From NCBI GenBank assembly GCA_944350325.1, contig CALVOS010000038.1, positions 1 to 60,747 on the forward strand: DNA of 60,747 nucleotides, read 5' to 3'. The position numbers and the translations under genes were made by a program. The notes beneath the pieces were generated by a model. The model was not told the DNA's origin. It ran no database searches and saw only the letters and a program-made list of their open reading frames with translations. This DNA is from an uncultured Bacilli bacterium. GTDB taxonomy: Bacteria; Bacillota_I; Bacilli_A; RFN20; CAG-826. Positions 45,905 through 58,844 of this stretch are shown here, in pieces (the first letter of the stretch is position 1; the number at the start of each line of letters is the position of its first letter).

Positions 45905-46200
45905 CACTGCACCACCCTCGGCAGCTTGACCCGCCCGTCCAGGACGCTGCCCGCGTTCCGGAGCGCCTCTTCCCTCTCGAGCACTGGCGCGGGCTCGTCC
46001 TTGCGGAGATAAGAGGTCTCGCAAGGGAAGGGGAAGGTCATGGGCTCAAACGCATCGAGCCCCTCCCCCTGCCCGAGGGCCTCCATCTGCCGGGCGAGGA
46101 TGCGGAACTCCTCCAGGAGGGTCTTCAGCTCCTCCTCGCCCATCTCGAAGAGAAGGCGCCTTGAGGCTTCCTTCAGCACGTCGATCGTAACTTCCTTCAT
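45904..46200 (-). CDS. gatC: Asp/Glu-tRNA amidotransferase subunit C
   Basis: It is 98 aa and sits upstream of gatA/gatB with coupled stops and starts. Confidence 0.9.
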   Translation of the reverse strand: MKEVTIDVLKEASRRLLFEMGEEELKTLLEEFRILARQMEALGQGEGLDAFEPMTFPFPCETSYLRKDEPAPVLEREEALRNAGSVLDGRVKLPRVVQ

Positions 46201-46264
46201 AGCCTCCTGATTTTACTTCAAGAAGCAGGTTCTTTCCTCATCAGTTGGTTTTGGAAACGAGGTT

Positions 46265-48412
46265 CTACTCCTCGCTCCTCCTGAGCTCCTCCATCAGAGT
46301 CTTCCTGTCCTTGCGGAAGAGGGAAAGGAAGGCGAGGGAAAGGCAAAGGACGGGGATGAGCAAGCCGAAGAAGTAGCCGCCAATGGAGAAGGGGAACGCC
46401 TCATAGAACGTGGGGTAGAGCGACCTGACCATAAGGTCCTTTATCGGTAGAAGGATTGGGTAGGCAAGCGTCCCGGCGAGGGAAGGGATAAGGAAGGCGA
46501 GGAGGAGAGGGAAGAAGAGCGCAAGCGTGGATTTCCAGAAGGAAAGGCCAGAAATCCGCAGGCGGAGCGCTAGAGGACCCACGGCAGCGATCGCTATCCG
46601 CTTCACAAGGAAGGCGACGAATAGCATGACGAGGGCCAGAAGGGAGGAGGCGGCCCAAATGACGGGGAGGGCGTAGGCGCTGATTCCCTGAAGAATCGGA
46701 ATCTGCGGATAATCATAATAGGACGGCGACACTAAGTTGCCGCTATTGGACAAAAGCCAGGAAGGGTTGACCTGATCCACGGGGTAGCTTTCTATTGGAC
46801 TAGTTGAAAATGACCCTGAAAAGAAGGAGTTTGCGTGGATTTCTTCATAAAGCTGGTCCGTTGGAAGAAGGGCGCACCCCGTCATGCAAAGGTTTCCGAC
46901 GGGGAGAAAACCTAGGAATTCGATCGGTCCTGATGGAATATCCCCGGGACCGCTGGACGAGGGGCCTTCCATCAAGGCTCTCTCGAGCGCCGCGCTGTAC
47001 TCCGGAGCTTGGCTCAGGGCCTCGTTATAAACGATATAGGCTCCTCGACCATCCCCTCTCGCCAGCTCGCGGAGCTCATCTCTCCCAGGAGCGAGGATCA
47101 TCTCGGACGAGGTGTGGTAGAACATTCCTTCGGAAACAAGCGCCTTTGCAACTTCTTCCGAACGATTGCCCCGCAGCATCACCTGCGAGTCTGCAAGCGC
47201 GATATCCGCTCCGGTCTTTTCGGAAACAAGGATGGGGCAATCGTCCATGGTTGACCTAGCCCACTCCCGCTCTATCGCCTCGACGGTCAAGTTCACTCCA
47301 TCGACTTCAAACGAGGAGGGAAAATCGTCCGCATAACAAGAAGGCACGTAGGCAACGCCATCCTCAGGTCGGAAAGACTGCCCATAAAGGCTGACGGAAT
47401 TCCCATGGCCATAGACAAAGTCAAGGAAGCCGAACTCCTCGGTGTAAACTCTCGCCTTAGCTAGCGCGTCCTCCGAAAGGATCCCGTCCGTCCCGAGGGA
47501 GACGCTGACGATCTCGTAGTCCTCGCCCTTTATGAGATCAAGCAACGCAAGGCTGGGATCATAGAAGGAAAGATTTATCCCAAAAGAAGAAAGGACGCCC
47601 GCAAGGAATGAGAGCACACCAAGGAGGCATACGCGCGGCTTCATGTCCCTCAAGGAGTATTTCCCTGCCTTCAAGAGCGGGGCGAGGGCAGGCTTTCTCG
47701 CTGCAAGCACGGCTTCTTCATGAGGCGCGCAGGGTATTTCCAAGGAGCCGCCACGGTCCTCCACGACCTTGCCCTTATCCATAAGGATGAGCCGGCATGG
47801 CCCGTCGCGATCCTCGTCGTAGTCATGGGAGGCGATTACCACAAGTCGTTTCTCCGCCTCTTTCCTTAAAAGAGAATAGACCTTCGCCTTGTTCTCATCA
47901 TTCAGGTTCCCCGCGGGTTCATCCAGAACGAGCGCGTCCGCCTCGCTTTGGCAGGCAAGGGCGATCAAGACCCTGGCCTGCTCTCCCCGGGAAAGGCTCT
48001 GGACCAAACGGTCGCCATATCCAACAAGCCCAAGAGACGCGAGAAGAGCCTCCCCCACGTCCGGGAACCCGTAGGCACGGTAGAGCTCCTTCACCGTCAG
48101 TCCGGGCGCGACGATTGGTTCCGCCGGCAAGTAGAAGAAGCGGGAGCGAAGGCCATCGGCCTTTCCAAGAGCCTTACGTTCCTTCGCCCCGATTGCCTGC
48201 CCATCGATCAAGCGCGTTCCCGCATCTGGATCGTCAAGGAGCGCAATTAGACTAAGGAGGGTCGTTTTCCCACAGCCAGACTTACCTCGAAGAACATGGA
48301 TTTCCCCTTGTGAAAAAACAATGTCCCCTACTTCCAAGGTGAAAGCGACATTTCCTTCGCTTTTATCAATGAACGCTTTGGAAACATCATGTAATTGAAT
48401 TCTCATAAACAT
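46265..48412 (-). CDS. MacB-architecture ABC protein: N-terminal ATPase, TM1, large ectodomain, then three FtsX-like TMs (715 aa)
   Basis: Walker A is GKSGCGKTTL, the signature is LSRGEQAR, Walker B is LVLDEPAGNL and the H-loop is ASHD. TM1 lies around aa 250-270, followed by a ~320-aa non-hydrophobic region and three C-terminal TMs. The start is 48412 or 48406. Confidence 0.8.
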   Translation of the reverse strand: MFMRIQLHDVSKAFIDKSEGNVAFTLEVGDIVFSQGEIHVLRGKSGCGKTTLLSLIALLDDPDAGTRLIDGQAIGAKERKALGKADGLRSRFFYLPAEPIVAPGLTVKELYRAYGFPDVGEALLASLGLVGYGDRLVQSLSRGEQARVLIALACQSEADALVLDEPAGNLNDENKAKVYSLLRKEAEKRLVVIASHDYDEDRDGPCRLILMDKGKVVEDRGGSLEIPCAPHEEAVLAARKPALAPLLKAGKYSLRDMKPRVCLLGVLSFLAGVLSSFGINLSFYDPSLALLDLIKGEDYEIVSVSLGTDGILSEDALAKARVYTEEFGFLDFVYGHGNSVSLYGQSFRPEDGVAYVPSCYADDFPSSFEVDGVNLTVEAIEREWARSTMDDCPILVSEKTGADIALADSQVMLRGNRSEEVAKALVSEGMFYHTSSEMILAPGRDELRELARGDGRGAYIVYNEALSQAPEYSAALERALMEGPSSSGPGDIPSGPIEFLGFLPVGNLCMTGCALLPTDQLYEEIHANSFFSGSFSTSPIESYPVDQVNPSWLLSNSGNLVSPSYYDYPQIPILQGISAYALPVIWAASSLLALVMLFVAFLVKRIAIAAVGPLALRLRISGLSFWKSTLALFFPLLLAFLIPSLAGTLAYPILLPIKDLMVRSLYPTFYEAFPFSIGGYFFGLLIPVLCLSLAFLSLFRKDRKTLMEELRRSEE

Positions 48413-48471
48413 ATAATACTTCGTATGAAAAATCGGTTTGAATCCGACAAAACCGAGTACTACTTAGGCTG

Positions 48472-50595
48472 ATGGAAACCATAAGGCTTCGATCTTTGAG
48501 GCTTCATATCGACAACGAGACGGGCGGATTCAACCTGACGGTCCCGTCGTTGTCCTTCCCTGACAAAGGAATCCATATCCTTCAGGGGGAATCTGGGTCC
48601 GGCAAGACAACCCTCCTCAGGATCATCGCAGGGCTCCAGGACGGCTACGTAGGCGAGGCGGAGCTTCCGGCAAGGGAAAACGTCTTCTTCTGCCCTGCCG
48701 AGGGATGCGCCCTCCCGTTTCTTTCCATCAAGCAGAACCTCTCGCTCGTGGATAACCGTAAGGACCATTCTATGGTCCGGACGCTCGGGCTTCCGTCGAC
48801 AAGCAAGATGGCGAGTTCGCTCTCAAGAGGCGAGCAGGCCAGGCTCTCCCTCGCGATGGCCTGCGCCTCCTCGAAGGAGGTCCTTCTTCTAGACGAGCCG
48901 ACCGCGAACCTCGATCCCGTAACCTCCGAGACGGTCTGGAAGGCCCTCGGGAAGATCGCTAGCTCGAGGCTCGTAATCGTCGCCACGCATTCCCTTCCCG
49001 AATATGTCGCTCCTGCTTCGGTCACTACGATCAAAGAGGGGGACGTCTCCCAGGAAATCCTCGCCGACATCCAAGAAAGCGTCCCGCCTGCGGAAACAAA
49101 TAACGGGCATCTGCCGAGCGCCTTCTCGTTCTTTAAGGCAGGGATTTCCTCCTTGCGGTCGCGCCTGGGGATCGCGATCCCCATGGGGATCCTTGCCGTA
49201 GGGGGCTTTCTTCTTTCCACGTGCGGGCTGAACTTCCTCGAAGTGGACTTGCCCGCCACCTTATCCGCGATCATCGGCCAGACTTCGGGCACCAACATCC
49301 CGTTCGAATGGGAGAGCGGAATTCCTGACGAAACGAACGAATTCCTGGACTCCACGTTCGGGGATGGGGAAAGGCTATATGCCTGCGAGGCAGGGAACTA
49401 CCGAATCGCCCCTTATTCCGCCTGCTCCGACTGGATTGGGGTTCCTGAACCCGAGCCGGGAAGCTGCTATGCGGAGGCAAGAATCGAAATTCCAGAGGAC
49501 AACATGATCGTCATCGACGAAGGGCACTCCTTCAATTGCCTCGGCCAGTTCGGCCAGGACTTTAAGGTTAACTCGCCGACCTTCGTGATTCTGGCGGACG
49601 AGGACTTCAATGACATTGTCCTCAGCTCCAGCCTCTTCTATTCCCATGAACTCGGCCCCAGACATGTCGACCTTTACCACCAGACAGGCGTCGAGACGGC
49701 CCTCACTAGCACGACAGATGCCTCCGTCCACGACATTGGCAACTACCCTTTCACGATATATCCGACCAAGGAAGAGGCGGCGGAATACCTGGAGGGCAAC
49801 AAAGTAATTCTCGAGGCCTACTACGTCGAGGGAAGGATGCCGGAAGAGGGAGAGATCCTGATTGGAAGCGCCGAAGTGTGGGAAAGGCTGGAGGCGAGAG
49901 GATCGGGCCCCTATTACCTCGATGTTCCTGGCCTGGAGGAGCCGGCGGAGATCGTCGGTGGCGTTTCCATTCTTAAAAAGGACGGCACCACAAGGAACTC
50001 GGAGATGCTCTTTCTAAACGAGACGTCGTTTTCGATTGCGATAGAACGCCGCCTCGCCATGGGATCGGGCATAGGAGGGGGAGGGCTCTATGGATCCACC
50101 TCGTTCCTACAGGAGCATGTCGATATGGTCCAGGACGGGCGCATTACTCTCGAAGGGCTTGGCGTCAGCGAGCGAGATATCGATAGGATCCGGCAGTCTT
50201 CCACGAGCGCCCCGACCTTCTTCGCCACGATCGGCGGAATCGTCATTCTCCTTGTTTTCCTTGTCTATTCAGCCTATGGCGTGCTTGCGGCAAGGAAGAC
50301 GGACGCCGCGGATAGAAAGCTCTCGCTCATCGGGTCCACGAAAAAGGAAAGGCTCGTCTTCTCCATAGGAGAGGTTCTCTTTTCCGTCCTTCCTGCCTAT
50401 CTATTGGGAACTCTCCTCGCGGCGATTATCTTCCCCAGCTGGAACGGCGCAATCCTGAGCCACCAGCTTCTTCCCTATGGCTATCTCCATTCTTTCAGCT
50501 GGGGGTATCCGGCATGCCTTCTCGCCGCGATCGTGATGCTATTGCTCTTGGCGCTCACGCCCTGTCTTCGCATTTATCGCAAGAAGGACCGCTGA
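48472..50595 (+). CDS. MacB-architecture ABC protein, paralogous in layout to its divergent neighbour (707 aa)
   Basis: Walker A is GESGSGKTTL, the signature is LSRGEQAR, Walker B is LLLDEPTANLD and the H-loop is ATHS. It has the same TM1, ectodomain and C-terminal TM layout. Confidence 0.8.
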   Translation: METIRLRSLRLHIDNETGGFNLTVPSLSFPDKGIHILQGESGSGKTTLLRIIAGLQDGYVGEAELPARENVFFCPAEGCALPFLSIKQNLSLVDNRKDHSMVRTLGLPSTSKMASSLSRGEQARLSLAMACASSKEVLLLDEPTANLDPVTSETVWKALGKIASSRLVIVATHSLPEYVAPASVTTIKEGDVSQEILADIQESVPPAETNNGHLPSAFSFFKAGISSLRSRLGIAIPMGILAVGGFLLSTCGLNFLEVDLPATLSAIIGQTSGTNIPFEWESGIPDETNEFLDSTFGDGERLYACEAGNYRIAPYSACSDWIGVPEPEPGSCYAEARIEIPEDNMIVIDEGHSFNCLGQFGQDFKVNSPTFVILADEDFNDIVLSSSLFYSHELGPRHVDLYHQTGVETALTSTTDASVHDIGNYPFTIYPTKEEAAEYLEGNKVILEAYYVEGRMPEEGEILIGSAEVWERLEARGSGPYYLDVPGLEEPAEIVGGVSILKKDGTTRNSEMLFLNETSFSIAIERRLAMGSGIGGGGLYGSTSFLQEHVDMVQDGRITLEGLGVSERDIDRIRQSSTSAPTFFATIGGIVILLVFLVYSAYGVLAARKTDAADRKLSLIGSTKKERLVFSIGEVLFSVLPAYLLGTLLAAIIFPSWNGAILSHQLLPYGYLHSFSWGYPACLLAAIVMLLLLALTPCLRIYRKKDR

Positions 50596-50604
50596 TCCGC
50601 CGGA

Positions 50605-52146
50605 TTATTCACTGGCAAGGGAGTAGATAAGGAACTCTTCATTCTGGATTTCCTCATCGCGATAGGGGCGATAGTCCCCAAGCGCTTCCCCGAAGTCCCG
50701 GAATGTCTTCTCTTCCTCCCCCATGATGATGTAGCGAGGGCGATCGGGGCCGAGAAGATAGCCCTCAACCGCCTCGCGGACGGACGGGGAGAAAGCGGAC
50801 CACCAGCTCTGGAAGTGGAGGCAGGGGCAATCCGGCGCGAGGAAGTCCTCCTTAAGGAGATAGAGAGAGGCGTCAACGTTCAGGACGAACACCTCCCCTT
50901 CCCGATAGGCCTCCTCCGGGATTAGGTCCATGTCGTGGAGATATTCCTCCGACTTCTTGATGGAAAGCCCGTAGGCCCCGGCCCCTGACCAATAGAGGGC
51001 GGGATTGAGGAGGGAGGAAAGGGAGAAGACGAGAATCCCCAGGGAGAAGAGCCCGATGCGCCACGCCCGCTCGACGCGCCCCTCCCTCTTGAAAGGAAAC
51101 TCCATCAAAGGAAGGAAGAGCAGGGGGAAGGCGCCCCATAGGTAGTTGAAGTACCGCATGAAGGGAGAGAGGAGGAGCAGGTAGAAGGAGGTGGCAAACG
51201 CAAAGGAGGAGAGGATGCCGTCGAGAGGCGCTCCCCTCCTCCGATAGAGCGCCCCAATCCCTAAATAGAAGCAGGACGAAACCAAGGCCCCTAGGAAAGT
51301 CAGGAGGAACTGATCAAGAGGGTAGATTTCCGTCCCGATGCTGGATAGATAGGACGCGTTCCCTCCAAGGAGCGCCTCGAGCATCGCGTCGAGATATCCT
51401 CCTCCGGCGGCAAGGCCAAGGAATAGGGAGAGAGGAGGAAGAAGCCCGAGGAAGGCAAGGGCGGCATCTTTCGCCAGATGGAGGATCGGCTCCTTCTCCT
51501 TCAGGACGAGGAGGAGGCGCAGGAAGCAGATGGATAGCGCGGCAAAGGCGTCCAGGGGACGGGACATAAGGGAAAGCCCCGCGGCGGTTCCTGAGAGGAA
51601 CATCGATAGCAGGACCGCCCAGTTCTTCTTTCTTAGCGTCCCGAAGAGCAAGAGGAACAAGGACAAGGACACCCAAGGGAGGATCCACTCCCCCTCATGG
51701 CCTCCCCCGTTGAGGACGAGGAAGCGCCCGAGGACGGACAATGACGCGGCGAGGAGGAAGGAAGAGGCGCGGGAACGGCGAGGAAAGAGGAGATAGGCGC
51801 TCCGGAGGAGGAAGAAAAAGGAAAACGCTCCAGCCAGGACCTCAAGGAGAAAGACGCCCCCTCTTCCGCCCATCAAGAGACCGAGGGCGGTCAGATAGAC
51901 ATGGAAGGTGCCCTTGTGGTCGTAGAAGTCGACGTAAGGCACCCTTCCTTCCAGGAGGAGGGAGGCTTCCAGGAGGAAGAACTCGTTGTCATAGGTAAAG
52001 GAGGAGATTCCTGGCAGGGGATAAAGGGGCGACAGGGAGAAGCTGAAGAAAAGGCTAAGGAAGAAGGCGAGGGCGAGGCTCAGCCCGATTTCAAGCGCAA
52101 CCCTCCCCAAGGGAGTTCCGAGGAGGGAAGAAAGAGTCTTCCCCAT
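50605..52146 (-). CDS. Polytopic membrane protein, GT-C (ArnT/PMT-like) glycosyltransferase-like (513 aa)
   Basis: There are about 11 or more TM spans. The first loop DNEFFLLEASLLLEGRVPYVDFYDHKG resembles the acidic first-loop motif of GT-C enzymes. A soluble C-terminal ~110 aa follows. Confidence 0.5.
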   Translation of the reverse strand: MGKTLSSLLGTPLGRVALEIGLSLALAFFLSLFFSFSLSPLYPLPGISSFTYDNEFFLLEASLLLEGRVPYVDFYDHKGTFHVYLTALGLLMGGRGGVFLLEVLAGAFSFFFLLRSAYLLFPRRSRASSFLLAASLSVLGRFLVLNGGGHEGEWILPWVSLSLFLLLFGTLRKKNWAVLLSMFLSGTAAGLSLMSRPLDAFAALSICFLRLLLVLKEKEPILHLAKDAALAFLGLLPPLSLFLGLAAGGGYLDAMLEALLGGNASYLSSIGTEIYPLDQFLLTFLGALVSSCFYLGIGALYRRRGAPLDGILSSFAFATSFYLLLLSPFMRYFNYLWGAFPLLFLPLMEFPFKREGRVERAWRIGLFSLGILVFSLSSLLNPALYWSGAGAYGLSIKKSEEYLHDMDLIPEEAYREGEVFVLNVDASLYLLKEDFLAPDCPCLHFQSWWSAFSPSVREAVEGYLLGPDRPRYIIMGEEEKTFRDFGEALGDYRPYRDEEIQNEEFLIYSLASE

Positions 52147-52147
52147 C

Positions 52148-56445
<4,298 letters not shown>

Positions 56446-56550
56446 GGATAGTGCCCCGAGGGGAGTCCTGCCACGAGGACCCTTCTCCTTGAGAAGGAAA
56501 ATCCCAAGCCAGGCCCTCTTCGAGGGAGTCTTGCCTTAGACTTCCCCTGC

Positions 56551-57447
56551 ATGAGGGACAAGGGAAGGGCAAGGACGATCGCGCTCCTCGGGATCGCGGG
56601 AGCCCTGGTAGGGGCGCTCTCCCTCCTGGGGGCTCTCTTCCTTCCCTGTCAGATCCTCGCCCTCTTCGCCATCCCCTTCCTTACCGCGATCCTCGGCATG
56701 AAGGTCCCGGGAAGGGCGCTTCCCCTGGCCGCGCTCTCCCTATGCATGGTCGCTCTTCTCTTCAGTTTCTTTGACCTTGCCGGGTTCTTCTTCTATAGCG
56801 TCCCCGGGATCCTCGGGGGCCTTCTCTCCGGCTTCCTCAGGAGGAAGGGCGCCCCCGTCGGGTTCCCCTTGCTCCTTGGGGCATTTCTCTACTTAGGCTC
56901 CATCTGCCTTTCCGTCCTCGTCCTGTGGGCCCTCGCCGGACGTTCCCCGGTGGAGGACATCCTCTTCCTCCTTGGCCTTCAAGGGAGCGAGGCGGCGCAC
57001 GCCCTCGCCCCTCTCGTCCTTTTCCTCTTCGGAGCCTCCTCGATGGGGCTCTCCCTCCTCTTCTTCGAGATCGTCGGGCCCAGGATCGAAAGGCCCAGGG
57101 GGAATCCCCTGGCCTTCTCCCTGGGATATCCGATCCTCGGAGCGGCATTCGGGGCCCTTGCCATCGGGATGACGTGGGCGTCGATGGAGGCTGGCTACGT
57201 CTTTCTCGGGGCCTCCTTGCTCATGGCCGCCTTCTCCCACACGGTCTACCGCGACGTCCCTAAGGCATGGGCGTTCTCCTTGGAAGGAGTCTTCCTCCTC
57301 CTAGCGATCTACGGAGTCGCCCTCCTCTCGCCCCTCTCCGAGGACCCCCTCGCGGGAGGCCTTTCGGCCGGGCTCCTCCCTCTTGGAGCGTCCCTCGCGA
57401 TCATGGGGACAGCCTTCACTCTCCGAAGGAAGGGCAAGGAAGGCTAA
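56551..57447 (+). CDS. Polytopic membrane protein, unknown function (298 aa)
   Basis: It has about 8 hydrophobic spans and host-like codon usage. Confidence 0.6.
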   Translation: MRDKGRARTIALLGIAGALVGALSLLGALFLPCQILALFAIPFLTAILGMKVPGRALPLAALSLCMVALLFSFFDLAGFFFYSVPGILGGLLSGFLRRKGAPVGFPLLLGAFLYLGSICLSVLVLWALAGRSPVEDILFLLGLQGSEAAHALAPLVLFLFGASSMGLSLLFFEIVGPRIERPRGNPLAFSLGYPILGAAFGALAIGMTWASMEAGYVFLGASLLMAAFSHTVYRDVPKAWAFSLEGVFLLLAIYGVALLSPLSEDPLAGGLSAGLLPLGASLAIMGTAFTLRRKGKEG

Positions 57448-57456
57448 AATAGTGTC

Positions 57457-58008
57457 ATGGGCAAGTTCTTGAAAAACTTCGGGATGGGGCTCGTCTACGT
57501 CTTTCTCCTGCCGATCCTCCTCCTTGTCCTTGCCCTTGCCGGAATCTATCTCCTCGGGAACTGGCTCTACCAGGGAGGGGTCTTCCTCGTCCGCTTCTTC
57601 CGTGGCTACCCGGGGTTCGAGGAACTCGAGGAGGATAAGAGGGTGAGGGAAATCCTTGAGGCGAGAAGGGAGGCCAATCGGCCGAAGAAAACGGCTGGGG
57701 GCATCCAAGGGGAAAAGCCTGCTCCCGCCCCTCAGGCGCAGAACGTCTACGTCCAGCAGAACTTCTACCAGATGCCGCCGGGCTACATGCCTCCCCCAGG
57801 CTACACTCCGATAGGGAAGCCTCAGATAAACCCGCAGAACCCGCTTCCAATGCCGGAAATCCCTCATGTTCCCTTCCAAGAGCAGCCCACTCCGATCCCT
57901 CAGCAGGATGTGCAGACGGCAAGCGGGAAGGAGGGCGCGGAACCAGGGGACGGAAGCGCCGAAATAGGCGAGCCGACCGATGAGATCGAGGTGGACGAGG
58001 ATGAATAA
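57457..58008 (+). CDS. Membrane-anchored Pro/Gln-rich protein with an acidic tail (183 aa)
   Basis: One or two N-terminal TM helices are followed by PPGYMPPPGYTPIGKPQINPQNPLPMPEIP and a C-terminal DEIEVDEDE. Confidence 0.55.
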   Translation: MGKFLKNFGMGLVYVFLLPILLLVLALAGIYLLGNWLYQGGVFLVRFFRGYPGFEELEEDKRVREILEARREANRPKKTAGGIQGEKPAPAPQAQNVYVQQNFYQMPPGYMPPPGYTPIGKPQINPQNPLPMPEIPHVPFQEQPTPIPQQDVQTASGKEGAEPGDGSAEIGEPTDEIEVDEDE

Positions 58009-58690
58009 GGTCCCTTTCCTTGCCTTGCTTGGCGGCGATAGCGACCGCCAGCTCCTGATCATCGCGATCGTCTTCCTCGTCGTGATCTTCCTTCTCCTCG
58101 GGCTTCTCGGGATGGCGATCCGCGCGACCACCAGCGCGATGGGCAAGAAGATGGACGACGAGCTCCACGACGCGGTCATCCACCGGGTGATCGACAACCC
58201 CAAGCAGCTGCTTCGCTACGGGAGGATCAAAAACGACAGGCTGTTCTTCAAGACGGCCCTACCCGCCCTCGGGGTCCTCTTCATCAGCATCATCCTCTAT
58301 CTCGGCTACGCGGGGGCGACAGGGAACTGGCACGAGGACTTCCTCGGGCACTTCAGCACCCTTTTCTGGACATGGGACTGGGACGATCCCTCCTGCTGGA
58401 GCAACTTCTGGGGCCTGACTCTTCTTTCCGGATGGCCGCCTCTGGAGTCGACTCCCCATTGGGTCAACGAGTACTGGGCCTCCTACCTTCTTGTCCCCTT
58501 GTGGACCCTCTCAATCGTGCTCTTCGCCCTTTCTGTCCAGGCGTGGATCGCCAGGCTCCTCCTCCTCCATCGCCGGGTGCATAGCGTCTATGGGAAGTCC
58601 CTCGAGGGCTTCAACTTCTACGAGGAAGAAAAGGCGGCCTCCCGCGAGAAGGCCGCCGAGCCTAAGGGCGAGGGAAAGGAACCCTCATAG
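58001..58690 (+). CDS. Trp-rich membrane protein, unknown function (229 aa)
   Basis: The ATG at 58001 overlaps the preceding stop by 8 nt. It has 3-4 TM spans and a segment FWTWDWDDPSCWSNFWG. Confidence 0.55.
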   Translation: MNKVPFLALLGGDSDRQLLIIAIVFLVVIFLLLGLLGMAIRATTSAMGKKMDDELHDAVIHRVIDNPKQLLRYGRIKNDRLFFKTALPALGVLFISIILYLGYAGATGNWHEDFLGHFSTLFWTWDWDDPSCWSNFWGLTLLSGWPPLESTPHWVNEYWASYLLVPLWTLSIVLFALSVQAWIARLLLLHRRVHSVYGKSLEGFNFYEEEKAASREKAAEPKGEGKEPS

Positions 58691-58840
58691 GAACATATCG
58701 ACGATCTCGAAGACGATAAGCCCGACGATGAGGACGTTCAGGGCCCAGATGGCCCAGTAGATCCTCTTGTTGGAGATGGTCTTCCTCTTCAGCTCCCCGA
58801 TCTCCTCGTCGGTAAGCATGCGCTTCTTCGTCTCTTCCAT
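58685..58840 (-). CDS. Small single-TM protein (51 aa), absent from the ORF track
   Basis: The product is MEETKKRMLTDEEIGELKRKTISNKRIYWAIWALNVLIVGLIVFEIVDMFL. Codon usage is host-like (GC3-rich). It starts 4 nt after the asnS stop. No clear SD is present. Confidence 0.4.
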   Translation of the reverse strand: MEETKKRMLTDEEIGELKRKTISNKRIYWAIWALNVLIVGLIVFEIVDMFL

Positions 58841-58844
58841 GGCA

